From Thermoplasmata archaeon (GTDB lineage Archaea > Thermoplasmatota > Thermoplasmata > Lutacidiplasmatales > UBA184), in assembly GCA_030037735.1 (NCBI GenBank), contig JASHQC010000056.1:1707-65706 (forward strand): a DNA stretch of 64,000 nucleotides, given 5' to 3'. A program made the position numbers and the translations under genes. Shown one piece after another: positions 52,672-62,182 of the stretch. Under the pieces are notes generated by a model. It had not been told where the DNA came from and searched no databases. It saw only the letters and a list, made by a program, of their open reading frames with translations. Numbering within the stretch: the stretch's first letter is position 1; every line of letters starts with the position of its first letter.

Positions 52672-53384
52672 GGACTAGGGGCGACGACGGTCATGTTTCC
52701 TTCCATGAATCCGAAGTGCGCCATCGACCACGGATCGCACGGCGCGAGGCAGTTCCAGGTGAACGTGCCAGTGTCGTTGAAGTATGCGAAGAAGGTCACG
52801 CTGGCGCCGATGCCCCCTTCCGGCGAGTCGTTGGCGGAGGGCATCGGCACGTTGAATCCCGCGTAGGGACCGCCCACGAACGAGAACGTGTGCGCCACGA
52901 AGCCGGCGGGGATGGAGTGCACGCAGGGCCCGAGCGCCGTGGGGGTGGAGTTGAGGTAAATGCAGTTCCCGAGCGTCCCGTTGACCATCGTCTGGACGGG
53001 AGTGACCGGGTTCATTCCCGTATCATAATTGATGATCGTGAACTCGAGCAAGGTGTGCGCCGGCACGGTGAAGTTGGCAGGGGCGTACTGGTCCGCCGTG
53101 TTGTTATTGGCCGTGTCGAAAGGATTGTCGATCGTCAGGATCACCCCCTTCGAGGCGGCTCCCGACGTCGAGTGCGAGGGGGCGGAGACGAGCCCCACCG
53201 GAATGCCGGTAACGGTGGCGAAGACGAACCACGAGATGAAGAACGTGACCACTGCGAGCACAATGTAGGGGAGGACTCCTCGACGCGGAGGACTTCCAGG
53301 AGTTCCCGGGGGACCGATGTCCCGGCGCATCTCCCGGTACTTGACTCGAGAGTCGTCCGGTGGTGCCACGGGCTGACCGGACAT
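52668..53384 (-). CDS. Membrane-anchored cupredoxin (sulfocyanin/CoxII-like)
   Basis: N-terminal TM, PANFTVPA, AHTF, GTFTWNCLAPCDPWSMAHFGFMEG. Confidence 0.85.
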   Translation of the reverse strand: MSGQPVAPPDDSRVKYREMRRDIGPPGTPGSPPRRGVLPYIVLAVVTFFISWFVFATVTGIPVGLVSAPSHSTSGAASKGVILTIDNPFDTANNNTADQYAPANFTVPAHTLLEFTIINYDTGMNPVTPVQTMVNGTLGNCIYLNSTPTALGPCVHSIPAGFVAHTFSFVGGPYAGFNVPMPSANDSPEGGIGASVTFFAYFNDTGTFTWNCLAPCDPWSMAHFGFMEGNMTVVAPSP

Positions 53385-53529
53385 GGGAGCTGGACCTGCG
53401 GCGTCTTTCTTACGAGTACTGTTAGTACGAATCCCTCGGCGGTCGCGAGAAGAGCCCGGTGGCCCGGTCCTTTCTCGGAGTTCTAACTCCCCCTGTATAA
53501 GGGCGAGAAATGCTGCTCGCCTTGCGTTA

Positions 53530-54222
53530 ATGCCGTCCCTGTGGGGCTCGCGGGTCGGATCGCTATTGGCCCTTCAGTGGACCCGGTCTTCATTGATGGG
53601 TCGGAGGTACCGCCTGCTGGTCGGGGGGATTGGGCTTGGGTACGCGCTGGGCGCGATGCTCTACAGCGGGATGCTGTACATTCCGGCCCACCCGCTGAAC
53701 ATCCCGATCTTCTTCTACGTCCTACCTAAAGGGCCGGGCGTCCCCGGAACCTACCCTGCGATTCTGGCAGGCGGCCCGTACTTCCAGGTCGACCTTCCCA
53801 TGATCTCCTCGATCCTGATGACACTCACCGCCGCGGGGGTAGGACTCGGAATGGCGCTGGCGGTTCTGCTGGTAGCGCGCCTGCTCCGAGACCGCAAGGC
53901 CGGACTGCTCGCCTCCACCATGGCCCGGTCCGCGATCGGGCTCACGCCGGCCATGATCGCGCTCGTCACATTGGGCGCCTGTTGTTCCACCACCGCTGCG
54001 GCGACGGCGGGGCTGAGCCTAGCGGCTCACTGGGGCGGAGGCGCCGCGAACGCGCTCCTCGGGAATAGCTGGTACCTCGGTGGAATCCAGCTGGGAGTAG
54101 TCTATGCCGCTTTGCTAGCCCAGGAGCATCTGGTGCGGGTCTACGACCTTTTTTCCGGCAGGTCCGCGAGCGATGTTTCCGTTCGGGTCGGAACCGCGCC
54201 CCAGGCAGTTCACAACCCGTAG
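53530..54222 (+). CDS. Membrane protein with an ACCS motif, divergent from the cupredoxin operon
   Basis: About four TM helices, LGACCSTT; TATA-like TATAAG near 53496. Confidence 0.75.
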   Translation: MPSLWGSRVGSLLALQWTRSSLMGRRYRLLVGGIGLGYALGAMLYSGMLYIPAHPLNIPIFFYVLPKGPGVPGTYPAILAGGPYFQVDLPMISSILMTLTAAGVGLGMALAVLLVARLLRDRKAGLLASTMARSAIGLTPAMIALVTLGACCSTTAAATAGLSLAAHWGGGAANALLGNSWYLGGIQLGVVYAALLAQEHLVRVYDLFSGRSASDVSVRVGTAPQAVHNP

Positions 54223-54423
54223 GGCCGTGGCCTCCCGAACCTGGGGGTGGTGGACCGAAAGAGAGATAGTCCCCGCATTCGAGGACCGAGGACGAGCGTC
54301 CTTGCGATGATCGGGGAGCTCAGCGACCACCGAAGGGAAACCTCTTCACCGAATCCAGACTGCGGCCCGTGGCTGCGGGCGCCGGTCTCTCTCCCGGCCG
54401 AGCTCCAGGCATAGCGGAAAACC

Positions 54424-55899
54424 ATGGCTTCGTCGTCTCCTCGATGGATTCTGTTCATCGTCATCTTGGGAACGCTGATGGCCTCAGTGGACACCACCAT
54501 CGTCCTGCTCGCCTTCCCGACGATTGCGGGAGACCTCCACGCCGGGCTGGCCGCGATCATCTGGGTAATCCTGATCTATCTTCTCCTGACCTCGGTCCTG
54601 ACGACCCAGTTCGGACGCATCGGGGACATGATTGGGCGGAACCGAGCCTACAACTTCGGGTTCGTCGTGTTCACGGTTGGCTCGGCCCTGTGCGGGTTCG
54701 CGGCGTCGGCGACCGACCTGGTAGCGTTCCGGGCCCTGCAGGCCATTGGGGGAGCGTTCCTGATCGCCACGGGAACGGCGCTCATCTCCGAACACTTTCC
54801 GGCGGCCGCGCGGGGCCGCGCGTTCGGATTCACTTCTATGGGGTGGAGCGTGGGCGCCGTCCTCGGGATCGCCCTCGGCGGAGTCCTGACGACGTTCGTC
54901 GGCTGGCGATACATCTTCTTCATCAACATCCCGATCGGCGTTGTGGCCGTAGCGCTCGGCCTGCGGTATTTGTCTCCGAGCCTCCGAAGTCGGGTCCGCC
55001 TTGACCTCGTCGGGATGACCCTCCTGGGAGCCGTGCTGTCGTTCATCGCCTACGGTGCGGTGGATCTCGCCTCGTACGGCGCCGATGCGTGGAATTTGAC
55101 CGAGATGATCGTCGGGGGACTGCTCGTCGTGCCATTTGTCCTATGGGAACGGCTTACGAAATTTCCCGCACTGAACCTGACACTGTTTCGGTCGCGACTG
55201 CTCTCCACCTCGCTCGCGGCCGCGTTCTTTCAGAGCCTCGGCTACCTCTCGGTGATCTTCCTGCTGATCATGTACCTGCAAGGAGTTCGGGGGCTCTCGC
55301 CGCTGGACGCCTCTCTGCTGCTCGTGCCTGGTTACGTCCTCTCCGCGTCGCTCTCTCCCCTCGCCGGACGGTGGGCGGACCGCTGGGGGGCGTGGCGCTT
55401 CGCGACCGGCGGAATCGGGCTCATGATCGCGGGGGTTCTCCTCTACGGTCAGCTCGCGGTGGGATCGCCGCTCGTCGCGATCGCGCTCATCACCCTCGTC
55501 ACCGGAATTGGGGGGGCGCTGTTTTGGCCGTCCAATAACAAGGCGGTAATGGCCGACGCTCCGCCCGACCAGTATGGTTCGGTCTCGGGGCTGCTCCGGA
55601 CCCTTACGAACCTAGGCACGATTGGGAGCTACACTCTCGTGATTACGATCGCCGCCGCCGTGGTGCCTCGGTACGTCGCGTTCCAGGTCTTTGTCGCCGG
55701 GCGAGGTTTGATCGGGAACGTGTCGATCTCATTCCTTGGGGCCCTGCACGACGCGTTCTATGTCATGGCGCTCGTGCTGCTGGCCGCGGCGTTCTTCTCC
55801 ATCCTCCGGCGACCGAGGCCGGTCGATGTCGGCCGGCGGTCGGACTCGCGGGTTGGTCCCCCGTCGGTTCCCGACCCCATCCCACCGGCTTCGAAGTAG
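54424..55899 (+). CDS. MFS transporter (DHA2, 14-TMS)
   Basis: DTTIV...P.I, GRIGDMIGR, FRALQAIGG, WRYIFFINIPIG. Confidence 0.93.
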   Translation: MASSSPRWILFIVILGTLMASVDTTIVLLAFPTIAGDLHAGLAAIIWVILIYLLLTSVLTTQFGRIGDMIGRNRAYNFGFVVFTVGSALCGFAASATDLVAFRALQAIGGAFLIATGTALISEHFPAAARGRAFGFTSMGWSVGAVLGIALGGVLTTFVGWRYIFFINIPIGVVAVALGLRYLSPSLRSRVRLDLVGMTLLGAVLSFIAYGAVDLASYGADAWNLTEMIVGGLLVVPFVLWERLTKFPALNLTLFRSRLLSTSLAAAFFQSLGYLSVIFLLIMYLQGVRGLSPLDASLLLVPGYVLSASLSPLAGRWADRWGAWRFATGGIGLMIAGVLLYGQLAVGSPLVAIALITLVTGIGGALFWPSNNKAVMADAPPDQYGSVSGLLRTLTNLGTIGSYTLVITIAAAVVPRYVAFQVFVAGRGLIGNVSISFLGALHDAFYVMALVLLAAAFFSILRRPRPVDVGRRSDSRVGPPSVPDPIPPASK

Positions 55900-55942
55900 A
55901 CCGGGTGCCGGCTCGCCGACCGCTGACGATGGGGATCTTCAC

Positions 55943-56755
55943 TTATGTGGAGAAACTGTCAGCCAGAAACCGCGTCACGCGACTCCAGGCATCTTTAGCG
56001 CTCTCGGGATGGTGAGTGGGCCGCGTATCGTTGAAGAACGCGTGCCGAGCTCCCGGGTACACGTGATACTCGAACTGTTTCCCCGCTGCCTTCATCGCTT
56101 CGGCGAAGGCCGGGACCGTTTGCGTGATCCCCGGGTCCTCGCTCCCGTAGAGCCCGAGCATCCGGGCCTGGATCTTAGGAATGTCCTCGGCGGGAGGATT
56201 CTGGCCATAGAACACGACCGCCGTCCGCAGCGCGGGGTCGACGGCTGCCAGCCGCGCGGACATGGCGCCGCCGAAGCAGAAGCCCACCGATCCCACCCGG
56301 TGCGGATCCACCTCGGGAAGCGATCGCACGTACTGCGCCACTCCGTAGAGGTCCCGCGCGAATCCCGCTTGTACCTGGGGCTGACCGATTTTTCCGAACG
56401 CGGCGAGGATCGGCCGACGCTCGGGTGGCTGGCTGGCGGCGAACGCCGCCATTTTGGAGGGATCGCGGCGAAGGTCAGGGGGCGCCTGGGAGAAAGCCTG
56501 CATGGCCAACGCCACATTCGCCGGCGTCAGCAGCGAATGAAGCTCGCCCGTAAACAAGTCGGGCGCCGCGGCGACGTATCCCAGACCGGCGAACCGCCGG
56601 CTCACGTCTCGGATGTGGGCATCGGGACCGAAGATCTCGTGGATGACAATCACTGCCGGACGCCGGCCCTGGAATTTCGCCGTGTCGGGGAACGCAAGAT
56701 AGCAATCGAGCGAACGGCCCTCAACTGATACCGAGATTTCTCGCTCCGTCGTCAT
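55943..56755 (-). CDS. Dienelactone hydrolase family protein
   Basis: HEIFG, GFCFGG nucleophile elbow, YPGARHAFFND. Confidence 0.93.
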   Translation of the reverse strand: MTTEREISVSVEGRSLDCYLAFPDTAKFQGRRPAVIVIHEIFGPDAHIRDVSRRFAGLGYVAAAPDLFTGELHSLLTPANVALAMQAFSQAPPDLRRDPSKMAAFAASQPPERRPILAAFGKIGQPQVQAGFARDLYGVAQYVRSLPEVDPHRVGSVGFCFGGAMSARLAAVDPALRTAVVFYGQNPPAEDIPKIQARMLGLYGSEDPGITQTVPAFAEAMKAAGKQFEYHVYPGARHAFFNDTRPTHHPESAKDAWSRVTRFLADSFST

Positions 56756-56856
56756 GGTTCGGCCCAATCCGAGACCTCACGGGCAGATGACCCGTTCGAT
56801 TTCGTGCACCCCACCAGGCAACGGTCACCCGCGAGGCGGGTCCGGCACCGCCATGC

Positions 56857-57348
56857 CTAGCCCGATTCGTGTGGGCGCACCACGAGAACAGCGACGTGAG
56901 CGTGGTGAACGACGGCGTCCGACACGCTACCCAGAAGGAGTCGGGGCGCGGCCGAGCGGCCCCGGGAACCCATCACGATCAGGTCGGCGTGCTCGAGCTC
57001 CGCGTACGTGAGGACGCCTTCCGCCGGATGGTCTTGCAGAAGCTCCCCTCGAACGTCGGAAACACCTCGTTCTTTGGCCGTCCGGACCGCTTGGAGCAGA
57101 AGTTCGTTGAGCGCCCTCTTTTCGATAGGCTCACCCGGTTCCCGGGGGGCCGCCGGCCCCAGCACCGGTCCACTGACCGTCGCGGCCATCAGGGGGCCGG
57201 CGGTCCAAACGACAGGGGGCTGGTAGACCGCAACGATGCTGAGACGGGATGACCACGTGCGCGCCATGTCGATGGCCCGGTCCAATGCTTCCTGGGCCTG
57301 CGTAGAGCCATCGTACGCGACCAAGATATGGCGGAACGGTTCGCTCAT
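56857..57348 (-). CDS. Universal stress protein
   Basis: ILVAYDGS...DLIVMGSRG...LLGSVSDAVVHHA. Confidence 0.92.
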   Translation of the reverse strand: MSEPFRHILVAYDGSTQAQEALDRAIDMARTWSSRLSIVAVYQPPVVWTAGPLMAATVSGPVLGPAAPREPGEPIEKRALNELLLQAVRTAKERGVSDVRGELLQDHPAEGVLTYAELEHADLIVMGSRGRSAAPRLLLGSVSDAVVHHAHVAVLVVRPHESG

Positions 57349-57518
57349 CTTCCCTCGCCGGATAACCTATCGTTCGATGCGGAAGCCATGCCGGAACTTG
57401 ACGTTCCCCCTACGGTCGTGCCGCCCCCCTTGACGCGTGCCGCGATTTTCCAACGCGAGGACGTGCCGCCCCTTGAATCGCCCCCGAAGGTAACCGCGGA
57501 ACCAACGAAGACCGGCAG

Positions 57519-58904
57519 ATGAGCGACGAGGCCTCTGCCCGTGGGGCCAATGACGCGGCAGTTACTCCAGGGACCGATCTCCTCGCGCGACTCGACCGAA
57601 TCCCGGAGTGGTCCCTGCCGTACTCGTTCCTGGCGATCGTCGGCCTCGGCTACTTCTTCGTCTTCTACGACATCACCGACATCGGCTTCGGTCTACCGGC
57701 AATCGCAGTACAGTTCCACTTGACGGGCAGCGAGAGCCTCTTCGTATCGCTCGCCGTCGGGCTCATCGGGTACGTCCTCGGGTCATTCATCATCGGCACG
57801 TTCGCCGACCGATATGGTCGCCTGCGAATGCTGCTGGTCGCGTTCGCTCTGATCGCCCTCGGGTCGTTCGGGGACGCCCTGGCGACGAACCTTCTCACGC
57901 TGTCCCTCTGGCGGTTCGTGACAGGGATGGGAGTCGGCGCGGGACTCAACCTCGTTTCGACCTACCTGAGTGAGCTCTCCCCGGCCGCGCGGCGGGGGCG
58001 GATCACCGTCTTCACGTTCCTGATCGGAATTCTCGGCCAAGCGGTCACGCCGTTCGTTGCGCTCGCGCTCGTGCCGACATTCGAGATCGGCTGGCGGTTG
58101 CTTTTCGTCGTCGGGGGGGCCGTCGCCGCCGTGGGGGTGGGCTTGCAGAGCCGCTTGCCGGAATCCCCGCGCTGGCTCGTGATGCATGAACGGTTCGATG
58201 AGGCCGAACGGACGGTCGAGAAAATGGAGTCGGTCGCCCGGTCGCGCGGGGAGGCTCTGCCTCCACCTCGCCCGTCCGAGGTCAGCCGCGAGCGAGGTCG
58301 ATTCCCCACCCGCTACCTCTTCCGCCGGCCGTACTCCTACCGCCTGGCGTTGTTTGTCGTGCTGTGGTTCCTGTGGTACATCGGGAACTACGCGTTTCTT
58401 GGAGACGCCGCTGCTCTGTACGCTGATCATGGCCTCGGGATCGGCAGCTCGATTCTCTATCTCGCCGTCGGGGCCGTGGGCTACCCGGTGGGCGCGATCC
58501 TGATGCTGATGACCGCGGACCGAGTCGAGAGACAACGCCTCATCGTCACGGCGACCGGGGTCTGGTTCCTCGGGATGCTGCTGATCGGGACGCTGGCCTC
58601 CGGAGCGGTAATTACCGCGGGGTCATTCCTGGCGTCTCTGGCGCTCGGGATGTACCTGCAGGTCGCCTACACCTACACCGCGGAAAGTTTCCCGACGCGG
58701 GCACGGACCTCGGGATTTGCCTTGAGCGACGGGCTCGGGCATCTCGGCGGCGTGGTCGGCGCGCTCGGTCTACCCGCGCTTATCGTCGCCACCTCGTTCT
58801 TTCTCGGTTTCGCGACGATTGGGTTCACGGGCCTCGCGGCCGGGATCATCGCGTTGCTCGGCCCTCACGCCACCGGCCAGCCGCTCGAACGCGTGTCAGC
58901 CTGA
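57519..58904 (+). CDS. MFS transporter (sugar porter/aromatic acid type)
   Basis: ADRYGR, YLSELSP..RG, LPESPRWL, ESFPTRAR. Confidence 0.93.
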   Translation: MSDEASARGANDAAVTPGTDLLARLDRIPEWSLPYSFLAIVGLGYFFVFYDITDIGFGLPAIAVQFHLTGSESLFVSLAVGLIGYVLGSFIIGTFADRYGRLRMLLVAFALIALGSFGDALATNLLTLSLWRFVTGMGVGAGLNLVSTYLSELSPAARRGRITVFTFLIGILGQAVTPFVALALVPTFEIGWRLLFVVGGAVAAVGVGLQSRLPESPRWLVMHERFDEAERTVEKMESVARSRGEALPPPRPSEVSRERGRFPTRYLFRRPYSYRLALFVVLWFLWYIGNYAFLGDAAALYADHGLGIGSSILYLAVGAVGYPVGAILMLMTADRVERQRLIVTATGVWFLGMLLIGTLASGAVITAGSFLASLALGMYLQVAYTYTAESFPTRARTSGFALSDGLGHLGGVVGALGLPALIVATSFFLGFATIGFTGLAAGIIALLGPHATGQPLERVSA

Positions 58905-59004
58905 GGCGGCCAGGTCAAATGCGCCCGGGATAAACGTGGCCACGGTCATCTGTTCAGCCCAGGGCGCGTATCGGCAGGCAACAGGGTTGGGGATTCGGGG
59001 AAGA

Positions 59005-59048
59005 CCAGCTCCGGGAGGGAATTGCCGGGACATTCGATTCCCCTCCGG
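59005..59048 (+). repeat. T-arm-like palindromic repeat, copy R1
   Basis: CCAGCTCCGGGAGGGAATTG-CCGGGACATT-CGATTCCCCTCCGG; same 44-bp span and ends as R5. Confidence 0.7.
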
Positions 59049-59155
59049 CCGCCGGGTGCCGCGGGTTGCCCTCACCCAATCGAGGATGTACAAATTAATG
59101 GAATGCGTATAAATACACATTCTCCCGCTAACTGAGCCCACTGGTGGGTGGAGCG

Positions 59156-59386
59156 ATGGGGATCACGGTCTGCCGAATCCGTGCCGCGTCGACTACGATT
59201 AGTTTCGGGGACGGCGTGGAGCTGACGATCCCACGGAGGTACGGCGAACCCCCGGAGAAGACCGCGAGCTCTGTGGCTCGCCTCTTGGTGGTGGATCGGT
59301 TCGATTATGCGCTGGCCCTCTGTCTCGAGGGCCCACGGCTTGGTCAGGCCAATTTCTTGCCCCCGCCGCCCGCCGCTCCCAACTAA
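59156..59386 (+). CDS. Small hypothetical protein (76 aa) between R1 and R2
   Basis: TATAAATA at 59108-59115 and a GGTGGAG SD before the ATG; no recognisable family. Confidence 0.45.
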   Translation: MGITVCRIRAASTTISFGDGVELTIPRRYGEPPEKTASSVARLLVVDRFDYALALCLEGPRLGQANFLPPPPAAPN

Positions 59387-59586
59387 TGTTGTAGCTCGAC
59401 TTTTGTACCCGGCCGCGGCCACTCCTCCCCCCCCGCCGCGTGGAGGGGGCTGACCGGGACCAAGAACACTTGCCGCAACATCCGGATCGAAATTTGATCA
59501 CAGTTCCCACGGAACTGTCTACAAGCAGGCTCACCTGAGTCGCAACGATCTCCACGTTACTGGAAGGCGCACACCGGCCAGAAAAG

Positions 59587-59630
59587 CCAGCCATGGGAGG
59601 GATGTGGGCTAAGGGTTCAAAGCCTTGCGA
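59587..59630 (+). repeat. T-arm-like palindromic repeat, copy R2
   Basis: CCAGCCATGGGAGGGATGTGGGCTAAGGGTTCAAAGCCTTGCGA; 36/44 identical to R5 by hand alignment. Confidence 0.85.
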
Positions 59631-59704
59631 GAGAGAGCGCAAGAACCCGGCGAGGGAACCCCGACATAGGCTGAGCGAGGAAGACAGCCAAACCGGAGGG
59701 CGAA

Positions 59705-60055
59705 TCAGGTTAGGTTTCGTCGTGTCCCGCTTCGAGCCGCAATTGCCTTCCGCAGTCGCCGAAGTTTGTCGTAGAACTCGGGGAGTCGGAAACCGAATGC
59801 GATGAAAACCAGGGTCTCGCCGCGTCGGAAGTAAACTCCTCTCCAGAGATCGCCGACGTGGAGCGAATATAGACCTTCTGCCGCCACCCGCTGTCGCTGC
59901 CTCAGCTCTTCGCAGAACCATTCGGGTCCGTGGGCAATCGGCGAATCTCCGGCGGCGATCTCTCGGAACGCCGAGATAAACACCTCGCGGACTTCGGGGG
60001 GCAGGGCGAGAAACTCTGTGTCCGCTTCCTCGATAGTTGCGAGCCGGAACGGCAC
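59705..60055 (-). CDS. RelE/ParE-superfamily toxin
   Basis: FLALPPEVR...GLYSLHVGDLWRGVY resembles RelE YRLRVGDYRVVY; GTG start just after the antitoxin stop. Confidence 0.72.
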   Translation of the reverse strand: MPFRLATIEEADTEFLALPPEVREVFISAFREIAAGDSPIAHGPEWFCEELRQRQRVAAEGLYSLHVGDLWRGVYFRRGETLVFIAFGFRLPEFYDKLRRLRKAIAARSGTRRNLT

Positions 60056-60062
60056 GGAACCC

Positions 60063-60275
60063 TCAATAGGGCTGCTTTCGGCTGCGGGCGATGAGCTCGT
60101 CGATGGGATGCGGCTTGCCTTCCCGGATCCGCCGGGCAAGTTCGGCCATCGTGAGCTGCGTAGGGTGGGCGATCAAGAGACCGCGAATCACATCGTCGTA
60201 GGTGGCGCCCCCGGTCTTGAGGCTCTCCAGGAGTTGCCGGGTCTCCTGAGAAACAGTAATCGTTGTAGCCGCCAT
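60063..60275 (-). CDS. Ribbon-helix-helix antitoxin
   Basis: TTITVSQETRQLLESLK.G.TYDDVIRGLL, typical of archaeal RHH antitoxins; lies upstream of the toxin. Confidence 0.8.
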   Translation of the reverse strand: MAATTITVSQETRQLLESLKTGGATYDDVIRGLLIAHPTQLTMAELARRIREGKPHPIDELIARSRKQPY

Positions 60276-60283
60276 GGCACAAT

Positions 60284-60315
60284 CCAATTGGGTTCATGAA
60301 CCTAGGTCAATTAAG
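60284..60315. promoter_or_regulatory. TA promoter/operator
   Basis: Perfect palindrome GGTTCATGAACC (60291-60302) flanked by CCAATTGG and ACCTAGGT; TATA-like CTTAATTG on the minus strand. Confidence 0.55.
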
Positions 60316-60360
60316 ACTATTGGTAAAGCCGAGTCTCTTGCCCCGTCGGACGCAGCATTG

Positions 60361-60403
60361 GAAGCCGCGGTAGGGAATCGGTGAAAAGTTCGATTCCCGA
60401 CCC
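60361..60403 (+). repeat. T-arm-like palindromic repeat, copy R3
   Basis: GAAGCCGCGGTAGGGAATCG-GTGAAAAGTT-CGATTCCCGACC. Confidence 0.7.
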
Positions 60404-60460
60404 CGTCGCCGGTTATCACGGGGGAGGTAGGGATTGGGGTTTGACTGCATCCCGCTGAGT

Positions 60461-61888
60461 CTATCGCGAGGTCGGCACCGAGACCCGATAGACCCCGATG
60501 GGGGCGCTGACGTTCTTGAGCCGGGCCCTCGCCAACTCGGCCATTTTGACCGGCACTTTGTTCCACACCTGGTCGTATACTTGCTGGGAGACGCAGATGC
60601 CTCCGGGTTCGGCCATCGGCTCGATCCGTGACGCGATGTTGACCGCGTCCCCGTAGATGTCGCCGCTGACGGAAACCAGGTCTCCGACGTGGATTCCGAT
60701 GCGGAGCTGGATCGGATCCCGGCGACGAGTCTGGTTGCGCTTGCGGACGGCGCGCTGCACATCGATCGCACACGCGGTCGCATCCAAGGCGCTCGTGAAC
60801 TCCAAAAGAAATGCGTCACCGATGGTCTTGACCTCCCGGCCCCGGTGCCGGGGGAGCGCCGCCCGTACCAGCGCCCGATGTTCCTCCAGCAGTTCGAGAG
60901 CGCGGGATTCGTCCTTTTGGGCGAGGGCCGTAAAGCCGACCATGTCCGTGAACATGATGGCGGCCAGTCTCCGTTCTTTCGGTGGCGGGTCCATCACATC
61001 CCGAGCGAGCTGAACGTTTCGAACGTCCCCCGATCGGTTCCGAACCTTCAGTCGGATCTCGTCCCCGGGCCCATGGGCCTTGATCGCCTGCAGGAAACCT
61101 CCGACCATGGCGTCGACGTCCACGTCTCCTCCGACCCGCTGATCATCGATCGCCACTATTGCGTCCCCCTGGCCTACACCGGCAAGGAGGGCGACACTAT
61201 CCGTGCGCGGTGGAACAACCGTGATACCGGCCGCGCTGGGGGCCTTCTCGCCCGCAAGGACGGGCCGCCGGGCATCGACCGCAGTGGCGATGCCATGAAC
61301 CCAGCAGAGGCAGATGCCAAGCGAGCACGACGGACATACGCAACGGCATTCCAGTCCTTCCTTACTCAGCTCCCAGACCGTCACTTCGCAGCCTTTCGTA
61401 TCCAGAATCTCGAGCGCGCGGGAGTACTCCCTCATGAGCTCTTCGGCCAGGTCGGCCGTATTCCCTTCCTCGATCGCCCACGGGCTGTCGAGTTGACGGT
61501 GGGCCACGACATGCAAGACCGAGTACCCGAAGGTCGCCTGGCCCAGAAGTCCGTAGAGGTCCTGCAAGGCCATAGAGGGCCCCCTCGGTTGGCCGGCCGC
61601 CAACTCGGAAACGCCCGAGGGCGCTACTGGGACGAGGAGGTCGGGTTCCCGGGCGGAGATGCCCATCATTCGGATGCGCAATGCCTCGGTATGGTCTTCG
61701 GCCATCGCCCGAATCTGGCTAAGAAATATCGAAGCGTCGGGGTGTCCGTCCAGCTCTTTGGAGATTGACTCGAGCGCGGCCATAATCTTCTCTTCTATCC
61801 TCATCATCGATACGATGTGGTCGCGCAGCTTCGTCTTGTGCGGGTCGTCGACGGGTCTCGGCTCGAGTCGGGATTTCTTCGCTGTCAT
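60461..61888 (-). CDS. Class III adenylyl cyclase fused to ferritin-like, Cys-rich and PDZ domains
   Basis: RRLAAIMFTDMVGFT, VKTIGDAF, RIGIHVGD, DIYGDAVNIASRIE; PDZ-like S.A..AGV..GD.IVAIDDQ.V; CRCVCPSCSLGICLC. Confidence 0.88.
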   Translation of the reverse strand: MTAKKSRLEPRPVDDPHKTKLRDHIVSMMRIEEKIMAALESISKELDGHPDASIFLSQIRAMAEDHTEALRIRMMGISAREPDLLVPVAPSGVSELAAGQPRGPSMALQDLYGLLGQATFGYSVLHVVAHRQLDSPWAIEEGNTADLAEELMREYSRALEILDTKGCEVTVWELSKEGLECRCVCPSCSLGICLCWVHGIATAVDARRPVLAGEKAPSAAGITVVPPRTDSVALLAGVGQGDAIVAIDDQRVGGDVDVDAMVGGFLQAIKAHGPGDEIRLKVRNRSGDVRNVQLARDVMDPPPKERRLAAIMFTDMVGFTALAQKDESRALELLEEHRALVRAALPRHRGREVKTIGDAFLLEFTSALDATACAIDVQRAVRKRNQTRRRDPIQLRIGIHVGDLVSVSGDIYGDAVNIASRIEPMAEPGGICVSQQVYDQVWNKVPVKMAELARARLKNVSAPIGVYRVSVPTSR

Positions 61889-62059
61889 GGAACGCTGACC
61901 GAGGGAAGCGGCATCATCGCGATATACCCGCTTGAAGGTTTGCAATCGCGTCTAGGAACTTAGGGGGAATCCGATCGGGCCCGGCGAACCAGGAGGGGCC
62001 CACTCGCCGATTGCGCTCGACGCCAGCCGGCGACGATGCCCGACGCCTGCGAAGAAATT

Positions 62060-62103
62060 CCAGGCGCGGAAGGGGTTTGAGCCAAGGGTGCAAACCCCCG
62101 CGA
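62060..62103 (+). repeat. T-arm-like palindromic repeat, copy R4
   Basis: CCAGGCGCGGAAGGGGTTTGAGCCAAGGGTGCAAACCCCCGCGA; 33/44 identical to R5, with a compensatory A-T to G-C change. Confidence 0.8.
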
Positions 62104-62182
62104 GGACCCGATGGAAGTACGGAGGGGGCGCCCCCTCGGCTGGATGTGGAACGGTTGCCCAGTGGGCGCCGGACCTGGGCCT

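Noticed and set aside
59433..59460. Possible sixth repeat (GCCGCGTGGAGGGGGCTGAC)
   Set aside because: Only a weak left-arm match with no right arm; could be chance in GC-rich DNA.
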